This document shows positions 24,190 through 38,480 of a stretch of DNA of 64,000 nt, in pieces. The notes under the pieces were generated by a model, which saw only the letters and a program-made list of their open reading frames with translations, ran no database searches and was not told where the DNA came from. Made by a program: the position numbers and the translations under genes. Every line of letters starts with the position of its first letter. The stretch's first letter is position 1. The DNA is from Squalus acanthias (taxonomy: Eukaryota). The stretch is taken from contig CM059430.1 in NCBI GenBank assembly GCA_030390025.1, positions 73,842,001-73,906,000 on the forward strand. Reading direction: 5' to 3'.

Positions 24190-26040
24190 ATTGAATCATA
24201 GAAACAAAGATTCATGCAGCACAGGATGACGCCAGTCTGTCCATCGTGCCGGCTCTTTGGTAGATCTATTCATTTAGTTCTACTCCCACCCTCTTTCCCA
24301 ATAGCCCTGTTATATTTTCCCCTTCAACTGTTTGTCCAATTCCCTTTTGAAAGTTTCTGTTGAATTTGATTTCAACACCCTTTCAGTCAGTAGATTCCAA
24401 ATCACAACAACTCGCTTGTTTCCTCATGGCGCCTCTGTTTCATTTGCATATCACCATAAATCTATGCACTCTGATTACCGACCCTTACGCCACTTAAACA
24501 GTTTCTGCTTATTTACTGTATCAAAACCATTCCTGAAAGTGCAAAGCTCTATCAAACCTCCTCTTAATCTTCTCTGCTTCAAGGAGAACAAACAGGCTTG
24601 CGCAGCCTCTCTAAGGCCTTCATAGCCTTGCTAAAGTGTACTGCCCAGAATTGAACACAATACTCAGGCTGAGGCCTAAGCAGTGTTTCTTACAACTTCC
24701 TTGCTTTTGTACTCTATGCCTTCTCAACTTATGTTGGCACCTTCAACTATTTGTCTACAAGCACGCTAGGTCTCCATGCTCCTGTAAACATTTAAAATGT
24801 ATGATTTATTGTAAACTGCCTCTCCGCATTCTTTGTACCAAGATGTATCACTTCACACTTCTCTGCATGAAATTTCAGCTGCCATGTTTCTGCCCATTTT
24901 AATACCCTTCTTATCTCCTCACGAAATCGGTTACTATTATTATGTTTATTTGTTACATTTCGGAGCTTCCTGTCATGTGCAAACTAAGAAATTATGGCAT
25001 ATTTTCGATGTTCAAGGCCATTTATATATGTCAAAAAAGCAGTTGTCCTTAATACCGACCACTGGGGAACACCATTTTATTCTTCTCTCTGCAACACTAT
25101 CCTCTGCATGCTGTCCCTTGGCCAGTTTCGTATCCATATTGCCATTGTCCCTTAAATTACATGGGCGTTAAATGTGCTAACAAGTCTAATATGTGTTAGT
25201 TTGTCAAATGCCTTTTGGAAGTTAATATACACAACATCAACCACACAACCCTCATCAACGCTTTCTATCACTTCAACAAAGAAGTCGATAGAACTCGTTA
25301 AAAACGATTTCCCTTTAACAAATCCGTGATGATTTTTATTAGCCAATATATTTTTCAATGCCAATTCAGTTCGTCCGGGATTGCACTCTCTAAAAGTTTC
25401 CCCACCATAGATATTAGGCTAACTGACCTGTAATATCAGGGTTTATAACTCTCCCCTTTTTTAGGCAGCTGTGTAACGTTTGCAATCCTCCTGTACTCTG
25501 GCATCGCCTCACTTCGAAGGAGAATTTGGCGATATTGGCCAAAGCCTTGGCAATTTCCACCCTGACTAGAATGTCTATCATCCGGAGTCCGTGAATTTTC
25601 TACTTTGAGGACTGGCCCCCGTTTAAGTATCTTCTGTTTATGTATTTTAATCCTCCTCAATATCGCTGCTACTTTATCCGTTCGTGCTACATTGCAGCAT
25701 TCTATTCTCCAGTGAAGAGACGGTAAATTTCTAATTTTATAACTCAGTCATGCCCTCTGCCTGCAGAGGAATTTTTCCTTTTGGCTCCTCATCGGTCTCA
25801 CCCTTCTGCTGACTTACCTATTACTACTGATATATTTATAAACTGCATTTGTGTTCACTTTTAATTCAGCCGCTAATCTATTCACATTGCCTGTTTTTTA
25901 GATCTCCTCTGCCCTCATCAACCCTTTCCGTTTCTTCAACAAAAAACTCAGTCAAGTTAATCGGATACGATTTGCCTTAAAGAAATCAGTGCTGACTTTC
26001 GTTTATTAGCCCATACTTTTCAAAAAGCCAATGAAGCTTC
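24190..26040 (-). mobile_element. Old, heavily decayed CR1 LINE fragments
   Basis: HHGFVKGKS and VYINFQKAFDKL remnants. Confidence 0.75.
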
Positions 26041-27209
26041 CTGATATGTCTTTTCTTCATCAAACGAATTACATCAATTCAAATTGCTGCTGCACGCTTG
26101 GGCTGCATCTTGAAATGATTCCGAGGAAAATGTTGGCTTGGTGAAGCCGAACGATTGAGGAATGGTTTAACATGAAGCCAGAATAGATTACCTAGAGATA
26201 CAGTGGAGGCCATAATTGTCAGCAATTCCGAAAAGAAGACGGATAGTTTTCCTCGTAAGTTGTCTTGACGCATTACCCTGATTTCCGCCATTGTTCTCCT
26301 GATCTCTAGCGGCAATTTTGGAAGGAATCTGCTCGAATCCCACAGAAATAGACTAGTTAGTTAAAACCCGCGATTGACGCGTTTTTTTCTGGGGAATTTG
26401 CCAATCTTGCACTGAACGTACAGGGCATGGGTAATATATCGAAGTATTTCAGGGTCTACAGGGACATGGTCAACCGAGGAACAGCAAGAACTACCGAGCA
26501 CAGGGCTGCAGCTGCTCGAGATTACTAAACACCCATTAAGGGACAGAAATATTATTTTTCCCCACAACAAGTTCAGGGCACTTGAGTCCACTCAGGTGCT
26601 GAATTATGGCTGACTCCTTCAGCGCGAGATCTATTGAACACCTGAGGGAATGGCGTAAAGGGCAAGGAGCAGCTGTTAACTCAGATTCTCAAGTTCTTGA
26701 ACAAAAGGAAGCATAATCTAGCAGCAATTCTCCCCCCAAGTAGCTCTCAGTTTGTAATCGAGAGTTGTTCGTCTTTTAAGGGCGATTAGAAAATTGGGAG
26801 GAGAAATTCGAATGAGTTCTCCCGACACTCCACAAAATAATTGCAGCACCTCCCAAGGAAAATAGCATAAACAGCAATTTTGAGTCAGTAATGCTCTTTC
26901 TCTGTTTGTTGATTCAGATGCCCACTAAAGTTACGTCGAGGGACTGGCATGATTTCCATGAAATTTCATAGCCCATCTGTCCAAAGTGAGTTACAGTAAA
27001 ACATTCCGCTGAATGTATCTCCTTCTCCAAAAGCCACATTAGCCGAATGCATAAATTGTCTGATTTACAGAAGAATCAGCAACTTTTCTTTAACCTGATC
27101 GAAGCTGTTTATCTTCTCAGGTGCAACTTTTTTCTTCTGTTTATTGCTGATTTAATATTTTGCAGATGCAACAAATCATGATTACAATAAAGAAGATTTG
27201 AATTCTTAC

Positions 27210-27323
27210 CTCTTAATCTAGGCAATTTAAATAGTTTCAATATAGTGACCACCGATAGTAGAATTAACAGTCCAATTCCGAGACAGAGAAACATGTACAA
27301 GAGTGGAAAGCCACTGTCGATAT
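27210..27323 (-). CDS. Exon 4: transmembrane exon (DIDSGFPLLYMFLCLGIGLLILLSVVTILKLFKLPRLR)
   Basis: Acceptor tattttgcag|, donor G|gtaaga, 114 nt, phase 1-1. An uncharged hydrophobic stretch of ~23 aa is followed by basic residues. Confidence 0.82.
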
Positions 27324-27534
27324 CTGCAAAATAAACAGAACTGTCACTCAAAACCTAACCGATCAGTAACAATTATTGTATTAATGATACACGACTTGGA
27401 TAATGAAAACTCTTACTCTGATTTGAAAGGAAATGTAAGATTTATACCGCAATAAAATATATTAAACCTAACTGTCCGCGGGGTTGTCCCTCGATCACGC
27501 CATAAGAAAAGCAGGAGGCCATTGCAACCCCCAC

Positions 27535-28940
27535 AGAAATGATAGAGTCTTAGAAATTTACAGCACAGAAGGAGGCCATTCGACCCATCTGGTCCGTGGC
27601 GGCCGACAAAGAGCTATCCAGCCTAATCCCACTTTCCAGCACTTTGTCCTTAGAATTGTATTTTACAGCACTTCTAGTGCATATCAAAGTAATTTATAAA
27701 TGTGATGAAGGTTTCTGACTCTACCACCCTTTCAGGCAGTGAGTTCCAGATCCCCTCCATTCTCAGGGTGAAGGCATTTCTCCTGGAATCCCATCTAAAC
27801 CTCCTACCAATTACTTTAAATCTATATTCTCTGGTTGTCGTTCCCTCTGCTAAGGGAAATAGGTCCTTCCTATACATTGTATGCCTGCCCCCATAATTTT
27901 ATACACCTCAATTAGGTCTCCCCTCAGCCTCCTCTGTTCCAAAGAATACAACCCCAGCCTATCCAATCTTTCCTCATATCTAACATTCCCCAGCCCAGAC
28001 AACATCCTCGTAAATCTCCTCTGCACCCTCTTTGGTGCAATCACATCCTTCCTGGAATTTGGTGACCAGAACTGCACGCAGTATTCTAGCTGCGGCCTAA
28101 CTAGTGGTTTATACAGTTCAAGCATAATCTCCCTGCTCTTATATCCAAAGCCTCGCATTATAAAGGTAATTATTCCGTATGCCTTCTTAACCACATTATC
28201 TACCTGACCTGCTAACTTTCAGGTATCGGTGGACATGCACTCGACATGCACTCTGAACCTCTGCACTTCTCATCCTCCTACCATTTATTGTGTATTGCCT
28301 TGCCTTGTCAGTCCTCCCCAAATGCATTACCTCACACTTCTCCGGATTGAATTCCATTTGCCAATGTTCTGCCCACTTGACCAGTCCATTGATATCTTAC
28401 TGCAGTCTACAGCTTTCTTCTTCATTATCAACCACACAGCCAATTTTTGTACCATCTGCAAACATCTTAATCATGCTTCCTCCATTCAAGTCCAAATCAT
28501 TGATATTTACCACAAAAATCAAAGGACCCTCTACGGAGCCCTGTAGCACACAAATACAAACAGCCTTCCAGTCACAAAAACATCCTTCGACCATTATCCT
28601 TTGTTTCCTGCCAATTTGCCTTGGATCCCATGGGCTTTTACTTCCGTGACCAGTCTGCAATGCGGGACCTTCTCAAAAGCCTTGTTAAAATTCGTATAGA
28701 CTACATCAAACGTACAACCCTCATCGACCCTCCTTGTTACCTCCTCAAAACATGTAACCATGTTAGCCAGATACGATCTTCCCTTAACAAATCCATGCTG
28801 ACTGTCCCTGATTAATCCATTCCTAAGAAATGTTTCCAATAATTTTTCCACCACCGAGGTTAGACTGACTGGCCTTTAATTACTCGTTCTATTCCTTTGT
28901 CCCTTTTTAATGAACGGTAACACGTTAGCAATCATGCAGT
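27535..28940 (-). mobile_element. CR1 LINE 3' portion
   Basis: DSQHGFVKGRS and LVRPQLEYCVQFWSP motifs. Confidence 0.88.
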
Positions 28941-31429
28941 CCGGCAGAAATGGCAGCATCCGAAGAAAAAATAGTTTAGATGTCCATTTTTTATTCTCTA
29001 CATTATTTGTCTAAAGTTTCTTTGATCTCAAGTCCGAACTGATGGTACATTACAGTGGAGCACAATGAAATTGCAGTTTCATGATCTCTCCACAACCTGT
29101 GTCAATTTTCTTTGTATGAATGTTTCTCTCGCTCTCTCTGCTATTCTACTTGTGTGTCCTTTTATATCCCATTTTGTTGTCTGTCCTTAAGATACTTTAG
29201 CTCTCTCTCGGCACTCTTCTGCATCCTTCTCTGCATATATGCTCTATCACTTGCTGTCGAATGTGATGGGTGGCACAGTGTGTTTTGAACGAGAAAATTG
29301 TTAACTAGTGTAAGAAGGGTGCACTTTGGATGACTTTACATGGACACTCTGGCCCTTACTGGCTCCTTTCCCAGCCTCAAAACTATTATTCATCCCCACA
29401 CATTTTTCTGCTCTAGCTTCTCCCAAGTGTTCGTTTTTCAACCGAAACCTTCCCTTTATATCACTCCTCACTCAGATCCACACTGCCCTGCCTCTTCCTT
29501 ATTGAAATATCCACTCAGCCCCTAAGTAATCCTGTCCACTTGCTCCTATTACATGTAACCTGACATGCTTTTCAGCTGTTCTGCACTCCAATTTAATCCT
29601 CCAGGCTATTGGGTGAGTTGTCTAAGGCAACCTTAAACATTGCTGGTTTCCTGCCTCCTACTATTGTAATTCCTTTCTATTCCTTTCCTTAGATGATGCT
29701 GTATTTAGTTTGAAAAGTTAAAATACTTTTAAAATAACCCATTCAGCATAAACGAAGTCAAAAAATGTCAGCTCGCCCTATCTATATCTCTGGCCCTAAT
29801 TTTGAATTTTATCTCTGTGCGAAACATGGGCGATTGCGAATCGGTCGACCGTTTTCACCTCAATCGATTTTGTGCTGATTTGCTATCACCCATTTTTAGC
29901 TGTGCGAGTAGATATAAAATTACCCACTCTCTCTCTGATGTCGCACATGTTAGTATGTAGAAATTCTGTCGTACCTCTGTGAGAAATTAGCATTTACACT
30001 TTGTAAATGTCACGCAAACATAATTCACAGTTAGCATTAGTGTGACTCGAAATTCAAAATTTATTCTTGTGAAAATGAAATTCATATTAACCTGACTAAT
30101 GACTCTCTTCTGTCCCTTGGTTGTAGCTCTCTCTCCTGTGTACCTTTCTCTTTCTCAATCTCTGACATAAGCCTTTCTCTCTCATGCTCTGTTCCTCATT
30201 ATAATACACTTTCAAAACATAATGGACCATTTTAAACCAAACAATAATAACGTTGTTTAATATTTTTTGTAATATCCCACTTCTCTCTCTCGCTCGCTCA
30301 CACACATATAAACACACGCATGGTCGAATCAAGTCAATCGCTTTTTAAACACTGAATATAAACTTTTCAATAATGAATATTCCAACGTTTTTCCTTTTTC
30401 TGGATGAATCAACAACTGATTAAATGCTGCAGAAAGACAGCACTCGCTCAGAAAGCATGACCTAAAGTCAGCTCAGAGAGCGACAGTTCATGGCAAAATA
30501 TCAATTCAAATCTTTTTTTTCTGTGACTGGCTGAAGATTTCAAGTAATAGCTTAATGAAGGCAATCAGAGATGGAAAGGCAACTCATTTAATACTTCTCA
30601 TCATGCTTTAGTGAAATATCTGATTTTGAACTTGAATATTGTATAATCCGTTAATTTGACTTTAGATATTTAATTCGCTGCACTACAAATTGAAGATCAA
30701 AATTTTAATCTTAAAAAACTGAGAGATAAATTTCGGTGATTGCTCGGGAAAGCTATTTCCTCACCAGATCGTGCCATTACAACGTCAGGTTTAAAAAGTA
30801 ATTGTGTACAGCTTATTCCATTCGTCCGCCATAACTTCGGCGGAAGAGCCGTGAAATTCAGTATTTCGTGGATTTCCTCGGCAATTCCCACGAAGATATG
30901 AACGTACGAGTGGTTGAGCCCGGCTGAAACTCATGTCAGTATAAATGTGCAGCGAGCATCGCGTAATGTTAAACGGTTACAAAAATATGACATCAATAAG
31001 AAAGGTTTTTTTGAGACAGGAAGTGAACAGACATGAGCGGCGTTGATATCCTCGGGAGCTGCCCCAGCCACCGCATCAACCGCTCTTACATCGGTGGGTA
31101 ATTAGTTTAATCCGGGGAGAAACTCATAACCAGCCTTTTTCAGCCCTTTTCATCCGCCTTTGCCCAAAATGTTCCACTGATCTCCCACCGATGTTTGGAC
31201 ACCAGATCATTACAATCTCTCATAAATCCCTGGTGAACACTTTTAGTTAATATATTCATATAAACGGCTGAAGTCACTGAACAATTAAATGTTGAACAGT
31301 TGGTTACCGATGACTGTTCGTCAGAACTTCTAATTCCGTGAAGTGATTCATTTTTATCGTTGCTATTTGTATCAGTGACGCTGAAATACATCAGGCGACT
31401 GACGGTGTAATCCCATGTCCTTAACTGAA

Positions 31430-32195
31430 TGGCACAGAAATTCGGATTTCCCGCTTCCTGCGGGTGCAAGCATCGCGCGCGTACTTGCCCACCGCACCTA
31501 CAGTTGTGCTTTGGGCCCACCAGGACTTCGGGTCCTCGGGCTCCTCCAGCTGCCGGCGCACAGTGCTTGTGTATCCCAGGGGCGCAGTTAGTTCGAAGCG
31601 TCCCCTGGGGTCATGTGGGCCATGGAGAGCCAATCCGAGCAGGGCATTTTCATTCATAGATTTGACAGTAAGACCTGTTAAAATCTATGAATAGAGTTCG
31701 GCCCCAAAACCACACTTAAACCTCAAAAAATAATTTTTTAAATCACATTTTTAATATAACGTTAAGATGAATAAATTAAGTACTTTAAACAATAGTTTAA
31801 ATTTTTGAAAAAATTAATTATACTTTTTAACGGTGCTAAAAATAAACCTACATTTTTTAAAAGTATCTAAAAAAGATAAAGCTGTTGAAAATTTGTCTTA
31901 ATTGTAATTAATTAACCGCTTACCTTGTTAAAAACAGATCTTGCGCTTCCTTTTTAAAAGCGCAGCTTCTTCATACTCACCCTCCCGGAGGAACCTGAAA
32001 AAAAAACTGAAGTTCGCTGCATGCGCGCACCTCTCCCCTGCACGTGGTTCACCTCTGAACCCCTCCCTTCAGGGTAACGGAAGTTCCGGTTTCCCGCACA
32101 TGCGCAGTGCATGCAGGAATCCGGCACTTCCGATGTAGTTGCGAGTGAGCACACAGCTCGTACTCACCCGACAACAGCCGATATTCTGGCCCAAT
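31430..32195 (+). mobile_element. MITE family copy
   Basis: Ends tggcacagaaattcgg / ccgatattctggccca; homologous in reverse orientation to 60335-61089. Confidence 0.7.
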
Positions 32196-32251
32196 ATATT
32201 TAAAATGGAATTGTTTATAAACGGCCACATTTGTGACTGCGCAGAATAATA

Positions 32252-32985
32252 ATGGCCCGTATTTTCTGATCGCAGGCCTCCTTCGGGCGGAGGCCTGTGA
32301 TCTGGGAAAATCTGCGCCATTACCTGAGGGCTCCGGGACGCGTAGAATTCCGATGCTGGGCCTCTCCAAACTCCAAGTGCGCAGTGCCCACGAATCCCAG
32401 AGATGCATGTCGTTCGCAGCATCCCTGGGATCACGTGGGCCATGGGGAGCCAATCACAGAAGGGAATCTCTCTTCATACATTTGACAGTAAGACCTGTCA
32501 TATATATGATGGCTATCAATAAAAAAACATAGTAAAATTTTAAAATATTTTTTTTTAAATCATATTTTTAAAATGACTTGAAATTACAATAAATTCATTG
32601 AAAAAAATCATTTAAGTATTTTACGGGCCTAAAAATAAACTTACCTTTTTTAAAATTATTTTTCAGTGATAAATCAATGAAATTTTGTTTTTAAATTTCA
32701 ACTCTTGTCCTGGTAAAAGCTGGCCTTACGCCTGCTTTTGCCAGGTGTAAGAATTCTAAGGGTTTTCTGCGGTCGGAGGGTCTCCAAAAAGTGGAACTAA
32801 CAGCTCGCAGAGGCCCTTCTTAAGGGCAGCCGGAGGATCTGTCAAGATCAGAAATGCCGGTCTTCAGCGCATGCGCTGTGCATGCCTGAAACCGGCATTT
32901 CCGATGTCCCTACGGGGTGGGGGGGGGGGGGGGGGGGGTGTGCACAGCGCGTACCCACCCGCAGGGATCGGAATATCCCGCCCAA
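32252..32985 (+). mobile_element. MITE family copy with an internal poly-G tract
   Basis: Ends tggcccgtatttt / gaatatcccgccca; homologous to 17411-18043. Confidence 0.7.
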
Positions 32986-33583
32986 TGTTACAATCAGTCT
33001 TTTATTACGATATTCCAGCCATGCTACCAAAACGTGTGCAGATAATATATACTCTCTAAAAATCAATTTGATTGAAATGCTCTAATTCTGGGCATGGTGT
33101 ATCTACAATTAAGCTAATAAATGTTTCTATGGAAGAGAAACGTCTTCCTCATTTCGCAATATAATGAAAATAATGTAAACAAATACATCTATTACCACCC
33201 CTGTAGAACGATGCGCATGCATAGCTGTCCCGTTCTTCTGCTTTAACTTCTTCGGACGATCGCGTAAACATCGCAGAAATCGCATAAACCGCCATAGGCA
33301 TTCCAGCCTGACTTTTGCAGGACGAGTGCGGGCCTTTGGTGAGAGACAATAAAGCAGGATTCCTTCTTCTAATAACTGGAAAATGTCCTTGCTGTAAACT
33401 GCAGGGTGTGGATCATCTTTTACGTGTGGGGAATTGTCTCCTGAAATTCTTAAGGCTCGCACATGCTGACTGGAAACTCACACAGAACACACTGGGGCCG
33501 GCCGTCCATGGAGACGGATCTCAGCAGAATCAAAATTTTCAGCAAAGACTGAGAAAAACCCGAAAAACAAGCATGCCAATTAC

Positions 33584-33889
33584 CTGAAACGCCAATTTGG
33601 TAATGAACACTGGCTCCAGTCTGAAGAGAGATGTGTGATACCTTACAGGTATAATTAATTCCGGTGTGCAAAGGACCTGCTTCACTGAGATCACTGGAAA
33701 CTTCAAAGAGTCCGGCTGGATTACGTTTTGTGATTGTTTCCCTGCCGTTCGCGATTTCCAAACCATTTTTATACCAACTGATGTTCAGATTTTCCGGGAA
33801 AAACCAAGCCGTTTTACACTCAAGATTGAACGAAGTCGAAGAATGTCTTCTAAATCCAATGGTAGAAATCTGCAACGGCGTCGGAGGAA
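33584..33889 (-). CDS. Exon 3: C1-set Ig domain (VPPTPLQI...FNLECKTAWFFPENLNISWYKNG...GLFEVSSDL...NYTCKVSHISLQTGASVHYQIGVS)
   Basis: Acceptor tttttttaaag|, donor G|gtaatt, 306 nt, phase 1-1. Canonical C1 motifs: LxCxxxxFFP, IxWYKNG, FEVSSxL, YTCxVxHxSL. Confidence 0.9.
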
Positions 33890-35479
33890 CTTTAAAAAAA
33901 ATAGAAATAAAATGTTATTTAAATTTAATGGGGGCGAAATTGGTCTTGGAACGTTAGAAGTTTGCAATGCGTGGCTTCAATTTCCATTGACTGGATTCTA
34001 TGATACTATGAGTGTTTCTGATCTCTCACCATAACCTCGGCTGAAAATCCCTCGCCCGAGATCTTCTTAGAAATTCTAGGGCACATGAGTTGGGTTTCTG
34101 ATAGCTCAATCCAGTTTGTTCCATTGCCGTTCTTATGAGTTTGAAGGTGTCTTCTTCAAATGTTTTGTTCTCTTTTAAAAGCGAGTATGGAAATTCTCTC
34201 ATCATTCTATCTGGTGGTGCAGTTCATAGTCTGACCACCTTCTGTTAAAAAATACATTCCAACTTGGTCCAATATTTAAATTAGTTACCTTTAGTTATGA
34301 ACTTACTGGGCAGTGTCTTTTTTTACTATTTACTTTGACAGAACACTTTATAATTTAATACACCTGGAACAGATCTCGTGTTAACTTTCACTGATCAAGG
34401 GAATAAGGGCACAGTTTCTCTCGTCTCTTCTCATTACCTTACCATCTCGTTCCTTTTACGATTTTAGTGAAATACTTTTCAACCCTCTGAATAACATTTG
34501 CATCCTCCCCAAACTAATGCCCTGAAACCAGTTGACTAACTAGGGTTTACCCAGTGAATTGTATATGTTCACTCAGGCAATTGTATTCCTATTGTATTAT
34601 TCCATATAATCAAACCTTACTCCCTGAAATTCCGTAGGAGTTCGATTGATTTCCCGCATTTTTCCTGCAGGGCACGGGCAGTGAAACTTTGCCAAGGACG
34701 AGTTTATGTCATTTAGACCTTTCTCTATGGAATTAGCCAGGCCTCCTACCGGCGTTACGGTTTGAGATCCGGGAAATTTCGGCAGAAGTCGGGGCCTACG
34801 ATACAATTTGCTGTTTTTACATCTTTGGTTATTCTTAAACTTTGCATCCGAACTTGGAAATGGATTCACTCTGCATCTGCATATCATTTGCTTTTAATTC
34901 ATTCTAGGGATGTGAGCGTCGTTGGCACGAGCAGTATTTATTCCCATCCTTGGTTGACCTATGGCAGTGGTGGTGAGCGGTTTCATACAACTGTGAGGCT
35001 TCCGAAATGCTTCAGAGGACAATTGAGAATTAACCATGTTGGGGTTGGAGAAAAGTCGCATATAGTGCAGAATGGTTAAGGAAGGCAAGTTTCTTTCCCT
35101 GAAGGATATTAGTGAAGAAATTGGGTTTTGATGGCAATCCACTTATACCAGCATTTATTTCCATATATTTTCGAATAAGTTAAAATTTTTAAACTGCCAA
35201 ATTGGGAGTTGAACGCACATTCCCTCTATTACTAGTCCAGGCTCTAGATTCGTAGAACAGTTAAATAACAACTACTTCACAGTGTTGGTACATGACGGAG
35301 GGAGAGAGCGATCCTAACCTAGCAACAGTCGAGGGAGCGAGAAAGAATTACAGATCACCCAAGCAACAGCCAGTTTTCAAGATTGAATTAAAGCCTTGCG
35401 ATGTTTATAGTATTGCCATACTTTAAACATCCCACCACATACCATTGCAACCGACGGGAAAGGATGTTGATGCACGAGA

Positions 35480-37195
35480 ACTGTAAAGTTGTGTGGCCCA
35501 ACCAGTCCACATCCACCACCACCCTCCTCCGCCTGGCTGAACTTGTTCTCACATTGAACAAATTCTCTTTGACTCCACCCATTTCCTCCAAATCAAAGTT
35601 GTTGCTATGGGTACCCGCATGGGTCCAAGCTATGCCTGCCTTTTCGTTGGATATGTGGAACACTCTTTGCTCCAATCCTACTCACGATCCATCCGTCACC
35701 TCTTTTTCTGGTACATTGATGACTGTATCGGTGCCGTCTCCTGCTCTCCCCCTGAACTAGAACATTTCCTTCACTGTGCTTCCAATTTCCATACTTCCCT
35801 CAACTTCACATGGTCCATCTTCGAATCTTCCCTTCCCTTCCTCAACTTCTCCGTCTCCATCTCTGGGGATAGGTTATTGACTAACATTCACTACAAGCCC
35901 ACTGGCTCCCACAGCTACCTGGAATACACTTCTTGCCAACCCGCCTCCTTTTAGGACTCTATTCAATTCTCCCAGATTTTCCGTGTTCGCTGCATCTGCT
36001 CTGACGATGCCACATTCCATACCGGTGCTTCCGACATGTCTTCCTTTTTCCTCAACCGAGGATTCCCCTCTACTGTGATGAACACGGCCTTCGACCGTGT
36101 CCGTTCTATCTCCCGCACTTCTGCCCTCACCCCTGCCCCTCCCTCCAGGAACCACGATAGAGTTCCCATTGCCCTCATCTTTCACCCCACCAGCCTCCAC
36201 ATTCAACGGATCATCCTCCGCCATTTCCGCCACCTCCAGTGTGATCCCACCACCAAACGCATCGTCCCCTCACCTCCCCTTTCAGCATTCTGCAGGGACC
36301 GCTTCCTCCGCGACAACCTAGTCCACTCCTCCACCACCCCCAGCACCCCTTCCCCTTCGCCCGGCACCTTCCCGTGCAAGCACAGGAGATGCAACACATG
36401 CCCATCTACCTCCCCTCTTCCCACTGTCCAGGGCCCCAAACACCCCTTTCGGGTGAAACAGCGATTTACTTGTACTTCCACAATTTAGTATACTGTATTC
36501 GCTGCTCACGATGTGGTCTCCTCTACATTGGGGAGACCAAACTCAGATTGGGTGACCGCTTTGCGGAACACCTCCATTCAGTCCGTAAGGGGGACCCCGA
36601 GCTCCCAGTGGCCTATCACTTTAATTCTCCGCTCCACTCACTCTCTGACCTCACCGTCCTCGGCCTATTACACTGTTCCACGGAAGCTCAGCGTAAGCTC
36701 GAGGAACAGCACCTCATCTTTCGTTTAGGCAACCTACAGCCCTCCGGACTCAACATCGAGTTCAACAATTTTAGATCATAACCTCAGCCCCTATCACATC
36801 TTTATTTTATTTTTTCATCCACCCTTTTGTTTGCCCCCCACTTTTTTTTCCCTCCCAGAAGCTGGCAGCTGCCCTTCATTCTGCCAGTGCATTTCACACT
36901 TCATTTAGCCTCAACCTGTCACATTAACACCTCCTCTTGACTTAATTATCTCTTAATGGCTCTCGATGTCTCAAAATCGCTCCTTTTGTTCTTTCATCCC
37001 CTCCCCCTTTTCCCAGCATTATACTTGCTTTAAATCTACATAATTTCCTGATTTTTTCCACTTTTGACGAAAGGTCTTCGACGTGAAACGTTAACTCTGT
37101 TTCTCTCTCCACGGATGCTGCCTGGCCTGCTGACTTTGTCCAACGTTGCTGTTGTTATTTCGGATTTCCAGCATCCGCAGTATTTTGCTATCGTA
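35480..37195 (+). mobile_element. Penelope-like retroelement (RT C-terminus plus GIY-YIG endonuclease plus 3' terminal repeat), 5'-truncated and decayed
   Basis: AMGTRMGPSYACLF and WYIDDC RT motifs; LVYCIRCSRCGLLYIGET...RFAEH...QPSGLNIEF GIY-YIG motif. Terminal repeat carries a degenerate hammerhead at ~37059-37096. Confidence 0.9.
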
Positions 37196-37976
37196 CATTT
37201 TATTGGACTTGTTCTCACCAATCTCCTAATATATTGATATTCTCAGGAAGTTGTGTTCAGTCTTCTAGATAGTGAACCCCCTGTTTGGTGAGCTCTATCA
37301 ATTTTCATGGTGTGCCCCTGCAACAGGTGTTCTCCCAATTTTGACCGGAGTAATTAAATTCCACATTGTGACTGTTGTCTGGGCCCGGTAATTCCACAGG
37401 GCTGCCGCATTGTCTGACAACAATGGAAAAGTAAATCAAACGGGAAGTATAATTGACTGCACATCCGTCACCGTACGCAAAATGGTCGTTTGATAATTCG
37501 CCAGATTTTCCATTTCTTTGAAGTCAATAGGAAAGAAAATGGAGCGGAGTAAATTAAAATTAGCGGATGCCTTGTCCTGAGCTTGGCGCTGCCGCTCAAG
37601 CCGGCATTTACTGTTGTGTTGGTAATAAATAGTTAAATACATATTGACAAGTGGCTAGAGCTAATTAATAAACTGCTTTACTGCTGTAACCATTCTACCT
37701 TTTAATGAATTGTTTTCAGTGTATTGTTTATTATTTTGGGGTCTCACTCATTTGGCATGTTTGGCTCCGTACCCGCATTTCCTGCGTTTGTTCAGCTGTA
37801 GGTGATCCGCAGATGGCTTTATGGGTGGATTACCGTACGTCTGCTTTAAACTCCGCGGAAGAGCCGCCGAAAACCCGAGAATAAAACAGTGTTCCTTGCA
37901 TAATTTTTTCATTGAAAACTCTCATATAATTGGTTGGTTCACGAGTTTCTATTACAGAATCCAGGCTATGGAAGTA

Positions 37977-38480
37977 TTGGCCCAAAATTTGCGATCGGAG
38001 GCTTCCCGCGACCCGATGGCCCGGAAGGTATGGAGAATTGCGATCCTGGGCCACTCGAGACACGCGCGAGCAGAGGCCCACGTATCCCAAGGGCGCATGC
38101 GGTTCGCCCGCGCCCCTGGGATCACGTCGCTCGTCCTAAAGAATAAAAGAAGGGAATAGCCATTCATAATTATGGGAGTTCTGTACGTACGGGAATGCCA
38201 TAAGTATGAATGGGGAATCAGTTAAAAAATACACGAAAACATGAAATAAAAAATAAATTGCATCTTTAAAATTAATTAAAATGCCTAGTAATTAAATATT
38301 TTAACAAAAAATATATATTTTTAAACGGAATTTAACAAGTTTTAACGGGGCTAAAATAAATTACCTTATTGGACAGGTGTTTTAATGTAGAAATGAGTGA
38401 TTACATTTTATTTTTCTATTTGGTATAACTCTTATGCTGGTAAAAGCAGGCCTTAAAAGCAGGATTTACTTTCCCACGTA
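37977..38480 (+). mobile_element. MITE family copy (partial)
   Basis: Starts ttggcccaaaatttgcgatcggaggcttcccgcg, matching the reverse complement of the 61089 end. Confidence 0.6.

Noticed and set aside
29274-29302. CACAGTG heptamer as an RSS (also ~18001, ~31561, ~35278)
   Set aside because: No convincing nonamer at 12 or 23 spacing and no adjacent coding segment; some lie within MITEs.
32914-32938. Poly-G tract as a functional G-quadruplex
   Set aside because: A homopolymer expansion inside a MITE, absent from the sister copy near 17990, and error-prone to sequence.
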